Source of the DNA: Proteromonas lacertae
Taxonomy: Eukaryota
Assembly (NCBI GenBank): GCA_002245135.1
Contig: NGBS01000026.1
Coordinates: forward strand, 1 to 64,000
Direction: 5' to 3'
Length of the DNA: 64,000 nucleotides
The first letter of the stretch is position 1, and every line of letters starts with the position of its first letter. The position numbers and the translations under genes were made by a program. The notes under the pieces are model-generated. The model worked only from the letters and a program-made list of their open reading frames with translations, was not told the origin of the DNA and ran no database searches. Shown here piece by piece: positions 61,401 to 64,000 of this stretch.

Positions 61401-64000
61401 AATTTAAGATATGGAAGTGGAAATACAAGATATGAATTGAAAGATATTTCAATAGATACAACTGCATTAGATTTAAGTAATTTACTTGAAACATTACCAA
61501 CCATAGGTGAAGTGAAAGTTGAAAGATATAAGAATGTTCAATATGGTTATGAATGGGTAATTACGTTAGTAAATAACATTGTTGAAGAAGAATTTGAAGT
61601 TGATTGGAATGATGAAGGATATAAGAGATTGTTGAAAGTATCAGGACCAGGTTCTGAAAATGGATCATTTAATCAAACAGTTTCTTCATTAGAAGGTTAT
61701 ATGAAACAGACAATTGAAGTTGATACAAATTGTAGTGAAGAGTTTAACTTGACAATTGGTGATGAATATAATGGTATTGATTTTAGTGTTAATACAACAA
61801 CAGAAGAATTGAAGAATGAAATTAATGAGAAATGGTCACATTTAGGTGATATTTACATTTCTAAAGAAAAGAATGAAGATAAGTTAATTTATGTAATATA
61901 TTACTTAACTGCTGTGAATGCATCATCCAATGTTAGTATAAAAGTGAATGAAAGTTATTGTAGTATTTCGTTTGAATTAGAAGTTGAAAAATATCCACCA
62001 ATCGATAGTAAATATTCAAAGATAATATACATGACAGTTGATAATGAAGAAAGTCAGAATCTTACAATATCAAACTTATTACAAGAAAAACCATACTATT
62101 TCATTGTTTATGCAACTAATGCAGATGAAGTAAGTCCAAAAACACCAGAACAAGAATGGAGTACAGGTGAACCAGCAACACCATTTTGGAATTATCCAAT
62201 TACCAAGCCAAGCTCACCTGAAGAAATAAAGACAGTTGTTTATGATAATACTACAGTTATTGTTAGATGGAATGTTCCATTTAATACAGGTTCTATTCCA
62301 ATCACAAAGTATCATCTTGAATGGGATAAACATAGTGGTATTAATGAAATACAAATAATTGTAATTTCAGGAAAAATAACAGGTGGATCAATACAGATTC
62401 AATTCTTAAATATTACATCTCAACCAATAAGATATCCATTCAAATTAGAAAATATAAAGAAAGCAATATCCTATATGTATATTCTTGGTGAAATAGATAT
62501 ATCATATGTTGAATTTAATAATAATCACAATATAACAATATCATTTATTTCTAGACCAGGTAAACAACCAATGTTGGAATTAATAACAAATGAATTATTA
62601 GGAAGTGATTTAGAATATTCAATTAGTACAATTCAAACAGGTACAGAACCATATTTTGATGAAGCAACAACTGGTGCAATTGCTATTCCACTTGGTGAAA
62701 CATATATTACTAGACAACCAAATATTCAAAGAATAGAATTATCATCAGAAGGTGAAAATGTTAAAGGAACATTCAAATTGAGTTATATGGGTAAAGAAAC
62801 AGAAGATATTGCATTTGATACAGATGCTGATGATATGAAAGTGATATTAGAAAATCTATTATCAGTATATTCAGTTAATATAACAACAGGAATTATTAAC
62901 CAGACTGTTATTCCACCATTTGTTAGATTTACAAGATATTGGGATGTTACATTTAATGATGTGATTGGTAAAAATCCAATGATGTTAATATCATCATACG
63001 ATAATCAATATTCAACTGAAGTATATGGTGGAACTTTAACTGGAGAAAGATCAAGAGGATCAGTAAGTAGAATTCAAACATCAAAAGTTCCAACTGAATA
63101 TAAGATTGAAGGATTAACAGAAGATTATCATTACTATTTAAGATTAACAGCTTATAATGATTATGGAGAAAGTAAATCTAATATTTATGATTTCTATGTT
63201 ACACCAAAGAAACAACCTCCAGCTAAACCTTTGAATGTTGAATTATATTCTTATAAGAAAGATGAAATAATGATTACTTGGACAGTTAATCCAAATGATG
63301 GTGGTGTTCCTGTGAATTATTATTTGCTTGAATATTCAAAGTATGAAACATTTAACGATTCAGAGATAATAATGATTGGTGAATTTGATGTGAACGAAAA
63401 GATATTTAGATATAATATGACAGTTTATGATAATGATTGTTATTATATTAGAGTAATTGCCTATAATTCAATAGGATATAGTGAACCGCAATTAGCTGTA
63501 CCAGGACCAGATAGTCGATCATATTATTATAGTATTAAAGGTGATTTATTAGAGAAATACGGTAACAGTGTTAAAGAAATATATGAAATATTGAATAAGA
63601 ATAACATTACTAATGCAGATGTTACAGATGTTAGTATATCATCAACAGATTTAGAATTTTATATTATTACACCATATTATATGCCATTCTTTAGTAATTT
63701 AACTCCATTTATTGTTGGTTTGAATGAAAGCCAACAGTGTATGGTTGCTAGAGATTCTATTCCTTCTGGTTTAGAAGAAGTTAATATAGTAGCAGTATCA
63801 CCAACATCAATTGGTATATTCTATAAACAACCAAAATATCCATTACCAGATGAAATTATACACAGAAGCCTTGATGGAGGAGGTTTAAGAAATTATTCCT
63901 ATTTAGTTGAATGGAGTACTGATTTTGGATTTATTAATTCATCAAAGCAGATATTTAACAATTCAGAAGAAAAATGGCAAATTTATTTACCAACAGAAGA
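45502..64000 (+). CDS. Giant intronless secreted/surface protein (>6100 aa in window, runs off the end) with FN3, filamin-type Ig, PA14 and repeated SG(S/T)F-x-L-x-Y/F modules; interrupted by ~10 single-base frameshifts
   Basis: Signal-like N-terminus; FN3 (LKWKAPVDDGDSVVTGY..YQFRVAAINDYG); PA14 (GLVGEYYDN..SVRWSGKI..ADN); filamin (AYGNGLEEARAG..RDMYGN, GSPF). Track ORFs overlap in successive frames, and the frame entered at ~56394 is the one still open at 64000. Confidence 0.82.

Overview
Very AT-rich eukaryotic genomic DNA, not prokaryotic. Genes are tightly packed with many GT-AG introns of about 26-45 nt and TGTTTGTT-like motifs after stop codons. This pattern suggests an opalinatan stramenopile such as Blastocystis or a relative (inference). 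Bases 1 to ~8350 are the right-hand part of an endogenous Polinton-like/MELD-type dsDNA virus. It carries intronless genes for an adenain-like protease (3' end only), a large protein ending in an adenovirus pVIc-like tail, a minor capsid, a major capsid, an A32-like packaging ATPase and two orphans. A structured non-coding end follows and abuts a host AlkD-like gene. Two ~3 kb inverted arms (9595-~12600 and ~20385-23379) each carry a BTB-BACK-Ig-SPRY gene; the two copies are nearly identical but differ most densely in part of SPRY. The arms enclose a multi-RRM gene, a WDR93-like gene and a PX-PH-pseudokinase gene. Next come genes for a nucleolin-like protein, a CXXC-rich surface protein, an SH3-PX-FKBP-villin-headpiece protein, ALG12, CWF19L1, ISCU, transportin-1, an FCP/SCP phosphatase and an OSCA/TMEM63 channel. 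The window ends in a >18 kb intronless FN3/filamin/PA14 surface-protein gene broken by ten single-base frameshifts, most likely assembly errors. All domain calls are by eye; no searches were run.
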